This document shows, in pieces, positions 19,448 to 31,915 of a stretch of DNA of 64,000 nucleotides. The notes under the pieces are model-generated. The model saw nothing but the letters and a program-made list of their open reading frames with translations, had not been told where the DNA came from and made no database searches. A program made the translations under genes and the position numbers. Source of the DNA: an uncultured delta proteobacterium. Its GTDB lineage: Bacteria; Desulfobacterota; Binatia; UBA9968. The stretch lies in assembly GCA_963745835.1 (NCBI GenBank), contig CAVUZH010000005.1:64001-128000 (forward strand), in the 5' to 3' direction. The first letter of the stretch is position 1. Every line of letters begins with the position of its first letter.

Positions 19448-20947
19448 ATGGACCTCGTCAACAATATCGCTCTCGGTTTTCAAACTGCCTTTACCTTCGC
19501 CAACCTGTTTTACTGTCTGATCGGTGTCTTTCTCGGGACGCTGATCGGCGTATTGCCAGGTCTCGGGCCGACTGCCACGATCGCCATGCTGCTGCCCATC
19601 ACGTTTGCACTGCCGCCGATATCATCGCTGATCATGCTGGCGGGGATCTATTACGGCTCCCAGTACGGCGGATCGACAACTTCGATACTTGTCAATCTCC
19701 CAGGCGAAGCAGCATCGGTAGTTACCACTTTGGACGGCTATCAGATGGCCAAGCAAGGCCGGGCGGGAGTCGCGCTGGCGACGTGCGCGATCGGCTCGTT
19801 CTTCGCCGGGACGGTGGCGACTTTTCTGATCGCGGCGTTCGGACCGCCGCTTGCTGCGATTGCGCTGAAATTTGGTCCCGCAGAATACTTTTCGCTGATG
19901 ACCTTGGGACTGGTGGCATCCATCGTGCTCGCTCAAGGATCGCTGCTGCATGCTTTCGGTATGGTGGTACTCGGACTTCTTCTGGGACTCGTCGGCACCG
20001 ATGTGACTTCGGGGGTGCAGCGGTTCACGTTCGATAGGCCGGAACTCGCCGATGGAATCGGCTTTGTGACCGTCGCCATGGGGATGTTCGGTCTCGGTGA
20101 GATCATTCGTAATCTAGAGACGGAGGCTCAGCGCTCGGTGGTGGTGGCAAAGATCACCACCTTGATGCCGACGCGGCAAGATTTTAAGCGAATGATCGCG
20201 CCGATTTTGCGCGGCACGGCGATCGGCTCGGCTTTGGGAATTTTGCCCGGCAGCGGTTCGATTCTCGGGGCGTTTGCCGCATATTCGATCGAAAAGAAAG
20301 TCTCAAGGAACCGAGCGCAATTCGGCAAGGGCGCCATCGAAGGCGTCGCCGCGCCTGAGTCGGCCAACAACGCCGGCGCGCAAACTTCGTTTATCCCGAT
20401 GCTGACGTTGGGAATTCCTTCGAATCCAGTGATGGCGCTGATGGTAGGAGCGATGATTATTCAAGGGATTCAGCCCGGCCCGTCGGTGATCACGGAGCAG
20501 CCGGCGCTGTTCTGGGGAATCGTCGTTTCCATGTGGATCGGCAATCTGTTCCTACTAGTCCTCAATCTCCCATTGATCGGACTCTGGGTGCGAATGATCA
20601 TGATCCCATATCGGCTGCTCTATCCAGCCATTCTAGTTTTCTGCGCCATTGGTGTCTTCAGCCTCCGAAACTCCGAGTTCGATGTTTACATGATGGCGCT
20701 GTTCGGGATTCTTGGCTATGTCTTTTCAAAGCTCGGTTGCGAGCCTGCGCCGATGTTGCTGGCATTTATTTTGGGTCCTCTAATGGAAGAATTTCTCCGA
20801 CGCGCCATGTTGCTCTCGCGCGGCGATCCCTTGGTATTTATACAACGGCCGATCAGCGCGACATTGTTGGGTATAGCCGTGCTGGCGATGTGCGCCGTGC
20901 TGCTGCCTACATTTGGAAAGACAAGAGAAGTCGCGTTCAAAGAATGA
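19448..20947 (+). CDS. tctA: Tripartite tricarboxylate transporter permease TctA
   Basis: GVLPGLG, YYGSQYGGS, NLPGE, EGVAAPESANNA, PMLTLGIP. Confidence 0.93.
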   Translation: MDLVNNIALGFQTAFTFANLFYCLIGVFLGTLIGVLPGLGPTATIAMLLPITFALPPISSLIMLAGIYYGSQYGGSTTSILVNLPGEAASVVTTLDGYQMAKQGRAGVALATCAIGSFFAGTVATFLIAAFGPPLAAIALKFGPAEYFSLMTLGLVASIVLAQGSLLHAFGMVVLGLLLGLVGTDVTSGVQRFTFDRPELADGIGFVTVAMGMFGLGEIIRNLETEAQRSVVVAKITTLMPTRQDFKRMIAPILRGTAIGSALGILPGSGSILGAFAAYSIEKKVSRNRAQFGKGAIEGVAAPESANNAGAQTSFIPMLTLGIPSNPVMALMVGAMIIQGIQPGPSVITEQPALFWGIVVSMWIGNLFLLVLNLPLIGLWVRMIMIPYRLLYPAILVFCAIGVFSLRNSEFDVYMMALFGILGYVFSKLGCEPAPMLLAFILGPLMEEFLRRAMLLSRGDPLVFIQRPISATLLGIAVLAMCAVLLPTFGKTREVAFKE

Positions 20948-21153
20948 CGCTTGAGCTTTTAGAATGACGGCCGCTTTGGTGATCTGCCGCTCTACATCGC
21001 AGGACGATAAGTCAATGCGACGACGGCTTCTCGATCGTATTCCGGTCGTAGCATCGCGTTTGCCGAAGGGTGAGCATCACGCTAATCCGCTATAAGTTTT
21101 CGACCTATGTTTACTAGCGGTCTCTTTGGCGTTTTTGGTGAAGCAGGTAAGCC

Positions 21154-21471
21154 TCATTGAGGGGGCGCTGAAACAAAATATTTCAACAGAGCGGGGCAGA
21201 GCCAGCCCTCCATGTTTAGCGCAGGGCAGTAGTACCAGTTACCGCTGAACTCTTCACGGCGCCATTCAAACTCAGCTTTGAACCCGGGAAACGGTTGTGC
21301 CGAGAAGACCAGGGTAAAACCCGACTCAGCGTCAGGGATCTCTTGAACCAACCGATCGATGATGGCATCGGCGCCGGAAACGAATGGTTCTTGCCTAAGC
21401 CTCACTGCCGGGTCATCGAAGACCCACATGTCTCCGGCCTTGTATGGGTGAATGGCGATCAATTCATTCAT
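21154..21471 (-). CDS. Conserved hypothetical protein (DUF6717-like)
   Basis: HPYK..WVFDD..L.QEPFVSGAD..F.L.FS..PFPG..GNWY..EGWLCPALLKYF; family recognised from memory. Confidence 0.7.
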   Translation of the reverse strand: MNELIAIHPYKAGDMWVFDDPAVRLRQEPFVSGADAIIDRLVQEIPDAESGFTLVFSAQPFPGFKAEFEWRREEFSGNWYYCPALNMEGWLCPALLKYFVSAPPQ

Positions 21472-21671
21472 GCATCAGCTCCTTTCGATCCCGCAGTGAG
21501 TGCACTGATTTGCGATGAAGAGTTAGAGCTGATGATCGCCCAAGAGATTTCGTATCCGCACTTGGCGCACCTGCCATGGATTGCTTGTGATCCGCTCCCG
21601 TCAGGCTTGCCGATTGTTACGCCCCAGTAGTTACCGCACCGGGGACAGTTACGAGCCAAATAGACAGCCAT
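21468..21671 (-). CDS. Small zinc-ribbon protein
   Basis: CPRC..CAKC; stop overlaps the next start (ATGA). Confidence 0.55.
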   Translation of the reverse strand: MAVYLARNCPRCGNYWGVTIGKPDGSGSQAIHGRCAKCGYEISWAIISSNSSSQISALTAGSKGADA

Positions 21672-22187
21672 GTACTTAGAGTAGCGAGCGACTTAGGGCT
21701 GTTCAATCGGGTGCCAAGAGCGGCCAGTATCATAATATGCAATTGGAAAGTGGTAAGCTGAGAAGTGACAGGTCAAACCGGAGACGGAGAAGCAAGGCGC
21801 AACTCCGTCATGGACGGAATATAACGCTTACTCTTTCGATGTTTTTGTTAAGCGGTAGCCGACAGCAATCGATTGACATTCACGGCTGTGGTGCACATTC
21901 CGCAGGGAGCTACGCGATCGCATGACGGAACTGAATTGCATCAGGACTTAGCAGCGAAGCCGAGGTAGAGATGGAAGCTATCGCATTGGTAAAGACGTCG
22001 ATCGATGAGGGCAGGGCTCCTTTGTAATTAAGCTAAAGCGAAGATAATTGACCGATCGTCTTAGTAAGAAAAGACAGAAAATCGACATGATCCGGTCTCT
22101 TGGATGAGAACGGCCGATTGCTAACCTTGAGCGGATGCGGGATTTATTTCCAATGGCAACCAAATGCGCGTCAGGAGGAACTAACCA

Positions 22188-22277
22188 ATGATCCCACCCT
22201 TCTGTGATTATCTGCTGGGGGCTGCTCCTTATCTATTGATGATGTTGTTCGTAGGCACCTGCGGAGGTGCTCTCTAG
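22188..22277 (+). CDS. Putative 29-aa hydrophobic peptide
   Basis: AGGAGG 9 nt before ATG; MIPPFCDYLLGAAPYLLMMLFVGTCGGAL. Confidence 0.4.
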   Translation: MIPPFCDYLLGAAPYLLMMLFVGTCGGAL

Positions 22278-22799
22278 TTTTCCGCGCTCACTTGCGCTCT
22301 GGTAGCTCAGCCGGAAAATCGTGATACGATTTGGTCACTCATGCTTCACCTTGCATTGAGCGACGGAAAAGATTTGCTACGCGCCGGCTGTTTTTGCCCG
22401 CAGTTTTCTTTGACTCCGATTGCGTGACCCTGCTCCTGTCCAACGGCGGTGGAAAACTGCTTTTCAACCACCGCGTCATGTAAGCCCTTGTTAAGACGCC
22501 GGCGGTATAAACAACCAAATGACAAATGGATCCACATCAAGCTATCCGATGTGTGGAAGTTGAGAGGTAGCGTTGTTGCGCCAGAGTCGGTTTGTGGCCT
22601 CCGCGGGTACTGGCCGCAGAGAAAGGCTTGACTCATGAGCCGACCAATCTGCTTGCCGCAAACAGCGACGTTTGATGCCCTTTGAGTTAGCAAGGCTTAC
22701 CAAGTACATTCAAGAGATCTTTCGAAAGCAGAAGGTCGCCTTGCCGCCGGGTGGAAAATTCACTCTGCGGACGCGCGCTGAGATTTTTTAGGATTAATC

Positions 22800-24718
<1,919 letters not shown>

Positions 24719-24722
<4 letters not shown>

Positions 24723-26878
24723 AGCTCTGGCCAGGCAAACCTTATCCGCTCGGGGCGCTCTGGGATGGCGCGGGGGTCAATTTTTCCGTGTTTTCCGAGA
24801 ATGCCGAGAGGGTCGAGCTTTGTTTGTTCGATTCGTCCGAGGGTAAAGAGAGCGCGCGTATTCCGCTAAGAGAAAAGACCGCGCACGTCTGGCACATTTA
24901 TCTTCCTGAGGTTCGCCTTGGGCAGCTTTATGGTTACCGAGTGCACGGACCCTACGAACCCGAGCAAGGCCATCGCTTCAATCCGGCAAAACTGCTGTTA
25001 GATCCGTATGCCATGGCTATTGCCGGAACGATCAAGTGGGGCGATGACCTGTTTGGCTATCCGATCGGTCATCCCGATGCCGATCTGACGGCGGACCAGC
25101 GCGACAGCAGCGATGGCCTGCCCAGGTGTGTGGTGGTAGATCCGGCGTTCAGTTGGGGCAACGACGTGGCGCCGCGCACACCATGGCACAAGACGTTGAT
25201 TTACGAGCTTCACGTCAAAGGCTTCACCGCGCGGCATCCGGGAGTGCCCGAGCGGCTACGAGGCACCTATGCGGGACTTGCCTGCCCGGCAGTGCTGGAA
25301 TATTTTCATTCTCTGGGGATCACCGCGGTAGAGTTGATGCCGGTGCATCAATTTGTCGCCGACCGCCAGCTGGTTGACCGGGGTCTCACCAACTTCTGGG
25401 GCTACAATTCCATCGGCTTCTTCGCCCCTGACGCGCGCTACTCGAGCAGCGGCGTGCTCGGACAGCAGGTGGCGGAATTCAAAACCCTGGTCAAGACGCT
25501 TCATCGCGAGGGCATCGAGGTCATACTCGACGTTGTTTACAATCACACTGCCGAAGGCAACGAGCTGGGGCCGACGCTGTCTTTTCGCGGCATTGACAAC
25601 GCGTCGTACTATCGACTTGTGGAAAACGATCGCCGTTACTACATGGACTACACCGGCTGCGGCAACACGCTCAATGCCACCCAGCCGGCGGTGCTCCGTT
25701 TGATCATGGATAGTTTGCGCTATTGGATTCAGGAGATGCATGTCGACGGTTTCCGTTTTGATTTGGCTTCCGCTCTGGCGCGCGAGCTTCATGCCGTGGA
25801 CCGGCTCGGCGCCTTCTTCGATATCATTCATCAAGATCCGGTGATCTCGCAGGTGAAACTCATTGCCGAACCATGGGATCTCGGCGAAGGTGGATACCAG
25901 GTGGGCAACTTCCCGGCGCTTTGGGCTGAATGGAACGGCGTGTACCGCGATACGGTGCGCCGCTTCTGGAAAGGCGACAGCGGACAAATCGGCAGCATGG
26001 CCTATCGCGTGACCGGCAGCAGCGACTTGTACGGCAGCAGCGATCGTCAGCCCCACGCCAGCATAAATTTCATTACCGCGCACGATGGATTTACTTTGCA
26101 CGACCTGGTCAGTTACAACGACAAGCACAACGAAGCCAACGGCGAAGACAATCGCGATGGCCACAACGAAAATCTGAGCTGGAATTGCGGCGCGGAAGGC
26201 CCAACCGACGATATTGGGATCATCGAACTAAGAGAGCGGCAGAAAAGAAACTTCTTAGCCACTCTGCTGTTATCGCAAGGCGTGCCGATGCTTCTTGCCG
26301 GCGACGAAATAGGCCGCTCGCAAAGCGGCAATAACAATAGCTATTGCCAGGACAACGAGATCTCCTGGGTCGATTGGAATCTCGACCCACGGCGGCAGTC
26401 GTTGTTGGAATTTACTCGCGGTCTGATTCAATTGTTTCACGATCATCCGGTGTTGCGGCGGCGCCATTTCTTTCAGGGTCGCAGTATCCGTGGTACCGCA
26501 GTCAAGGATCTGAGCTGGTTTCGCTGCGATGGCAAAGAAATGACCGAAGAAGATTGGAACAATACGGAAAACCGCTGCATCGGTTTGATCCTGTCGGGCG
26601 ACGCTGTCGACGAACTCGACGCGCGTGGCAATCAAATCAGCGACGACACATTTTTGTTCCTGCTGAATTCGTACCACCAACGGGTCGGGTTCATGCTGCC
26701 AGGTCCCAGCGCCAAAGCACAATGGCAGGTAGTTCTCGACACCCGCGAAGGGATGGCGCGCCGGACGAGGCGCGTGAACAAGGGCGCCAACTACAATCTG
26801 GAGGGTCGTTCGCTGGCTTTGTTTAGGCTGTTCGACAGCCAAGAGGCCTTACCGATGGCGTTGGCGCGCCGGCGCTAG
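24719..26878 (+). CDS. glgX: Glycogen debranching enzyme GlgX
   Basis: WPGKPYPLGA, NFWGYN, DGFRFDLAS, LIAEPWD, TAHDGFTL; ATGA overlap with treZ. Confidence 0.95.
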
Positions 26879-26893
26879 TAAAAAGATTTGATC

Positions 26894-29800
26894 ATGCGAA
26901 TTCCTGTCGCCACATACCGGTTGCAATTTCACCGGAATTTCACTTTCGCCGAATGCAAAAGCGGTGATCTCGTATTTAAGAGAGCTCGGTATCTCGGATC
27001 GTCTACGCTTCGCCGATTTTTCGCGCCCGGGTGGGAAGCCTTCACGGATACGATGTTGTTGACCCGAACCAGATCAACCCGGAACTTGGCGGCGCTAGAG
27101 CAGTTCGACGAGTTAGCCGGCGAAATACAGCGTCAGGGTATGGGTTGGCTCCAAGATATCGTTCCCAATCACATGGCCTACGACAGCGAGAACTGGATGC
27201 TGATGGACGTGCTGGAGAACGGATTGAATTCGGCTTATGCCGATTATTTCGACATCGAGTGGGATCACCCGATGGAGAACATGCATCACAAAGTTCTGGC
27301 TCCTTGCCTCGGCAAATTCTACGGTCAATGTCTGGAAGACGGCGAGATTGTCCTGAAGTATGATGCCCAAGGATTGGCGGTGCATTACTTTCAGTTGCGG
27401 CTGCCAATCAACATAGAATCCTACAGCATGGTCCTGGCGCCGAGTCTCGGCGCTTTAAGACGAAAATTGGGGCGTCATAGCCCCGATCTGATCAAGCTTT
27501 TGGGTGTTCTTTACACGCTCAAAAATCTGCCCTCCAGTGAAGAAGCAAGGGAACGGGCCGACCAGATCATCTTCGTCAAGAACATGCTTTGGGAGCTGTA
27601 CACAAGTAACGAAGAGATCAAGAACTTTCTCGATGAAATCATCGCGCGTTTCAACGGACGGCCCGGGGTGCCCGAAAGCTTCAATCCTTTGGATCAGCTG
27701 CTGGCGCAACAGTATTATCGACTCTCGTTCTGGAAAGTCGCCACGGAAGAGATCAATTATCGCCGCTTCTTTAATATCAATGAGCTGATCTCATTGCGGG
27801 TAGAGGATCCGAACGTATTCGAGCTTTGTCATCGGCTGATCTTTCAGCTGATTCGCGACGGCAAGATCACCGGGCTGCGAGTCGACCACATCGACGGGCT
27901 TTACGATCCCGCCGTGTATCTCGGGCGTGATCCGGCAAAACGTCGGAGAAGTTTACGTCGTCGTCGAGAAGATCCTGGAGCTGCGCGAGAACCTGCCGGA
28001 TGACTGGCTGGTGTGCGGCACGACTGGGTACGAATTCGCCAACTTCGTCAACGAAATTTTCTGCCAGAGCGATCACGAGCAAAAGTTCACCGACTTGTAC
28101 CGGCGCTTCACCGGACTCACCGCTGCCTTCGGCGATCTCGTCAGCGAGAAAAAACGTCTGATCATCGGCCGCTACATGGCCGGAGACGTCGACCGCTTGG
28201 CGCATTTGCTGAGGCGGGTTTCGAGCCGGGATCGTTTCGGCGGCGATATTACGCTTTACGGCTTGAAGCGCGCGCTGGTCGAGGTTTTAACCTTTTTTCC
28301 GGTTTATCGAAGCTACATTAGCCATGAAAAGTTTGGCGCTGAGGACCGGAACCGTATGCAGGAAACCTTGAACAAGGCCAAGGAGATGAATCCAGGTTTG
28401 ATCCTTGAGCTGTCGTTTATCGGCAAGTTCCTCCTGCTCGAAAATGGTGACCAGCTAAGCGAACAGGAAAAGAGCCAGTGGATTGATTTCATTATGCGCC
28501 TGCAGCAATTAACCGGACCGCTGATGGCGAAAGGCTTCGAAGATACCACCTTGTACATTTACAATCGTTTCTTGTCGCTCAATGAGGTCGGCGGCGATCC
28601 GAGCCAGTTCGGCCTTGGCCCGCATGCATTTCATGATTTTAATCTACGACGAGCCCGAGCCTGGCCGTGTAGTCTCAACGCCACCTCGACCCACGATACC
28701 AAAAGAGGAGAAGACGTGCGCGCCCGGCTGAATGTGTTGTCGGAATTGCCTGATGAGTGGGAGCGCCATGTTTTTGAATGGGCCGAGATGAACCGGTCCC
28801 ATAAGCGGCTGGTAAGAGGACGTGAAGTTCCTGACCGCAACGATGAATACTTTCTTATACCAGTCTCTGACCGGCGCGCTGCCGCTGGCCAAAGAAGAAC
28901 ATGCCGGGTTTATCGAAAGAATCAAGAATTACACGATCAAAGCGGTGCGCGAAGCCAAGGTGTACACCGGTTGGCTCAAGCCCGATAACGACTATGAAGA
29001 TGCTTTCCTCGGTTTCATCGAAAAGATTCTCGCAGCCATCAAAAGACAATGCTTTTCTTGGCCAGCTGCGGCAATGGACCCGCAAGATCGCGTGCTTCGG
29101 CGCGCTTAACTCTTTAGCGCAGACACTTCTCAAGCTAACCTGTCCGGGCGCGCCTGATCTCTACCAGGGAACCGAGCTGTGGGATCTTCACTTCGTTGAT
29201 CCGGATAACCGCCAGGCGGTGGACTTCGAGCAGCGACGCAAGTTCCTCGCCGAGATCAAAAAACGCGAGAAGGAGAGTCTGCAACCTTTACTGCTGGATC
29301 TGCTGGCTCACTGGGAGGACGGTCGAGTTAAGTTGTTTTTGATTTATAAAGCCTTGAACTTTCGCCGGCGGCAAAAAGCGTTATTCCAAAATGGCAGCTA
29401 TGTTCCGCTTGCGGTATCCGGCATGGCCGCGAGCCGCGTCTGCGCCTTCGCCAGGCGCGATGGCGCCGTTTGGAGCGTAGTCGCGGTTCCACGCCTTTCA
29501 ACCGCTATCTTTTCGACCGAGAATGCGCCTTTGGGCCGGCAAGGCTCCTGGGAAGACACGGCGCTTGAGCTGCCGGGCGATAGCCCCGCCACATGGAGAG
29601 ATGTATTCACCGGAGAAACGCTGCCAGAGGGTAAAACAGCCGATGGAAAAAGATATTTGTACTTGAGGGATCTTTTTCGCGATTTCCCGGTTGCTCTGCT
29701 TGAGCGGCAGTTCGACGGCGTCGAAGGCCATGCCGGCTTCCTTGCCGCTCGAAGAGCGTTTGCAGTGAGCCGCGGGCGCCGCGAGCGAGTCGCGGATGGG

Positions 29801-29968
29801 ATCTGGGGAAGTTTTCTCCCGACGCTCTCACACTCTCGACTCGTTAATACTGAACCTCACCTCCCAAACAATCGAGGCCTGAGAGCGTGCGGAAAGATTC
29901 GCACCACGGCGTTCTTACCGGCGATTAAAACTCGGTTGGTTATCTTAACACTATGGCGTCGGACGTAA
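26894..29968 (+). CDS. treY: Malto-oligosyltrehalose synthase, broken by about six frameshifts; true stop uncertain (homology appears to end near 29710)
   Basis: [96 protein letters not shown] spread across three frames. Confidence 0.88.
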
Positions 29969-30864
29969 TTGTTATCGTCAACGCCGGTGCGCGAAAGGCG
30001 GACGACACTGCAGTCCATCAGCGGCTGGCCGAAATATTTACCGCCGGGGGCTTGCGCGCGGAGATCCAACTGGCGCGAAGCGGCGGCGAAATCGTTGAGC
30101 TGGCGCGGCGTGCAATCAAGGCCGAAAGCTCTGTTGTCGTTGCCGCAGGTGGGGACGGCACTATCAATGCCGTCGCTTCGGAACTAGTCGGCAGCAACAA
30201 GATATTGGGAGTTTTACCGCTGGGAACTCTCAACCATCTGGCAAAGGATCTCAGGATGCCTCTGGATCTCGAATCAGCCGTAGACGTCATCGCGCAACAG
30301 AAACTCGCGCAAATCGATATCGGTGAGGTGAACGGCCGCTACTTCTTGAACAATTCCGGCCTGGGACTTTACCCCGGTATCGTGCACGAGCGCGAACAAC
30401 AGCAGGCGCAAGGGCGGAGCAAATGGCTGGCGTTCTTTTCCGCGCTGCTGATCATCATTCATCGATATCCGCTGTTGACGGTGCGCCTCAGCACCGAAGC
30501 TCGCGAACTCAGACGTCGCACGCCGATGGTTTTTGTCGGTAATAACGAGTACGAGCTGCAGGGCCTGAACATGGGCAGCCGAAGGTCTCTGAACCGTGGA
30601 AAGCTTTTTTTGTATGTCACGCGCGAAATGAGTCGTTGGCGGCTTGTCAAGATAGGCGTGGCTGCGCTTTTCGGCAGATTGAGCGACACCCATGATTTCG
30701 ATGCTATGTCGGTCAGAGAAGTTTCCGTACAGGCGCGCCGGAGGCGTTTGCGAGTGGCGCTGGATGGCGAAGTGGTGGTGATGAGACTGCCGCTGCGTTA
30801 TCGCATACATCCGGCTGCTCTGCGCGTGATCGTGCCTGGGGACAAGGAAGAAAGCGGCCGCTAG
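29953..30864 (+). CDS. Diacylglycerol kinase family lipid kinase
   Basis: IVN, AGGDGT, LPLGTLNHLAKDL, FLNN, ALDGE. Confidence 0.88.
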   Translation: MASDVIVIVNAGARKADDTAVHQRLAEIFTAGGLRAEIQLARSGGEIVELARRAIKAESSVVVAAGGDGTINAVASELVGSNKILGVLPLGTLNHLAKDLRMPLDLESAVDVIAQQKLAQIDIGEVNGRYFLNNSGLGLYPGIVHEREQQQAQGRSKWLAFFSALLIIIHRYPLLTVRLSTEARELRRRTPMVFVGNNEYELQGLNMGSRRSLNRGKLFLYVTREMSRWRLVKIGVAALFGRLSDTHDFDAMSVREVSVQARRRRLRVALDGEVVVMRLPLRYRIHPAALRVIVPGDKEESGR

Positions 30865-30869
30865 ACATC

Positions 30870-31707
30870 ATGCGTACTCTGGTTCACCTCTCGGATCTTC
30901 ACTTCGGCACCGTGCGTCAAGAGATTGTCCTGCCTCTGCTTAGTTTACTCGAACGGATCCAGCCGGATCTAGTCGCGGTGTCAGGCGATCTGACGCAGCG
31001 AGCGCGCAAAGAACAGTTTCGCCGCGGCGCGGGATTTCTTGGATGCCATGCCGTTTCCGAAGATCGTAGTCCCCGGCAACCACGACGTCCCGCTGTATAA
31101 CCTGTTCGCCCGTTTCGTCCTGAAGCTGGCCAGATATCGGCGCTACATCAGCGACGACCTTGAACCATTCTACGGCGATCCTGAAATCGCGGTTTTGGGG
31201 ATCAATACCGCGCGTTCGGCAACTTTCAAGGGCGGGCGCATCAACTCTCGACAGGTTGCGCGTATGCAAGAGCGGCTCGGACCTCTCAACGGCGTTACTA
31301 AAATCGTCGTGACGCATCATCCCTTCGATTTGCCTGAGGCTTACCCGGACAAAGCACTGGTTGGTAGCGCCCGCAGAGCGATGCAGCAGCTTGCCGGCTC
31401 AGGGATCGATCTGTTTCTCGCTGGTCACCTGCATATCGGTCTGAGCGAACCGACAGCTTTGCGTTTTCAAATTGGCGGACGCTCGCCGTTGATGATCCAG
31501 GCCGGCACAGCTTTATCGTCGCGGATGCGGGGCGAGGCGAACTCCTTCAACGTCATTCGTATTCAGCATCCCAATATCTCCGTGAGCCGGCTGACCTGGA
31601 GAGCCGATCTGAAGGTGTTTGTTTCCACTCATGCCGACTATTTTCGCCACTCCGAGGCAGGTTGGGCACGTGGCAGCAAATTGGATTTCGCCGAGCCCGA
31701 AGAATGA
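30870..31707 (+). CDS. Metallophosphoesterase (CpdA/Icc-like), frameshift near 31030
   Basis: HLSDLHFG, SGDLTQRA, PGNHD, THHP, GHLH. Confidence 0.85.
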
Positions 31708-31806
31708 CCGACGGTAAGTCTATCTGCCACTCATCTGGTTGCCTTAACCGCGCATCCTACGGGTAGATACTGTATACTATACGGCGTGGATGCCTCAGGT
31801 AATGAA

Positions 31807-31842
31807 ATGATCCGAACCCGTCACAGCCTTGGGAATCGGTAG
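31807..31842 (+). promoter_or_regulatory. Putative leader uORF (MIRTRHSLGNR*) upstream of prfC
   Basis: 11-codon ORF ending in TAG, overlapped by ATG-AAA-TGA at 31802-31810, weak AGGT RBS. Confidence 0.4.
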
Positions 31843-31915
31843 ACCTTTTGCCGTGTCTCCGAACGGGCCGTCGCGAACAATTCCCGTAATTACTTACTGA
31901 TACGAAGAAGGAACC

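Noticed and set aside
21701-21716. TGGCACCCGATTGA (minus) before the zinc-ribbon gene as a sigma54 promoter
   Set aside because: Spacing is one base short and the -12 GC is absent
22296-22318. GCTCTGGTAGCTCAGCCGG resembles a tRNA 5' end
   Set aside because: The D-stem does not close, and there is no T-arm or 3' acceptor strand downstream
26894-29968. Programmed frameshifting in treY and other split genes
   Set aside because: No consistent slippery sites or stimulatory structures; too many scattered indels, better explained by assembly error
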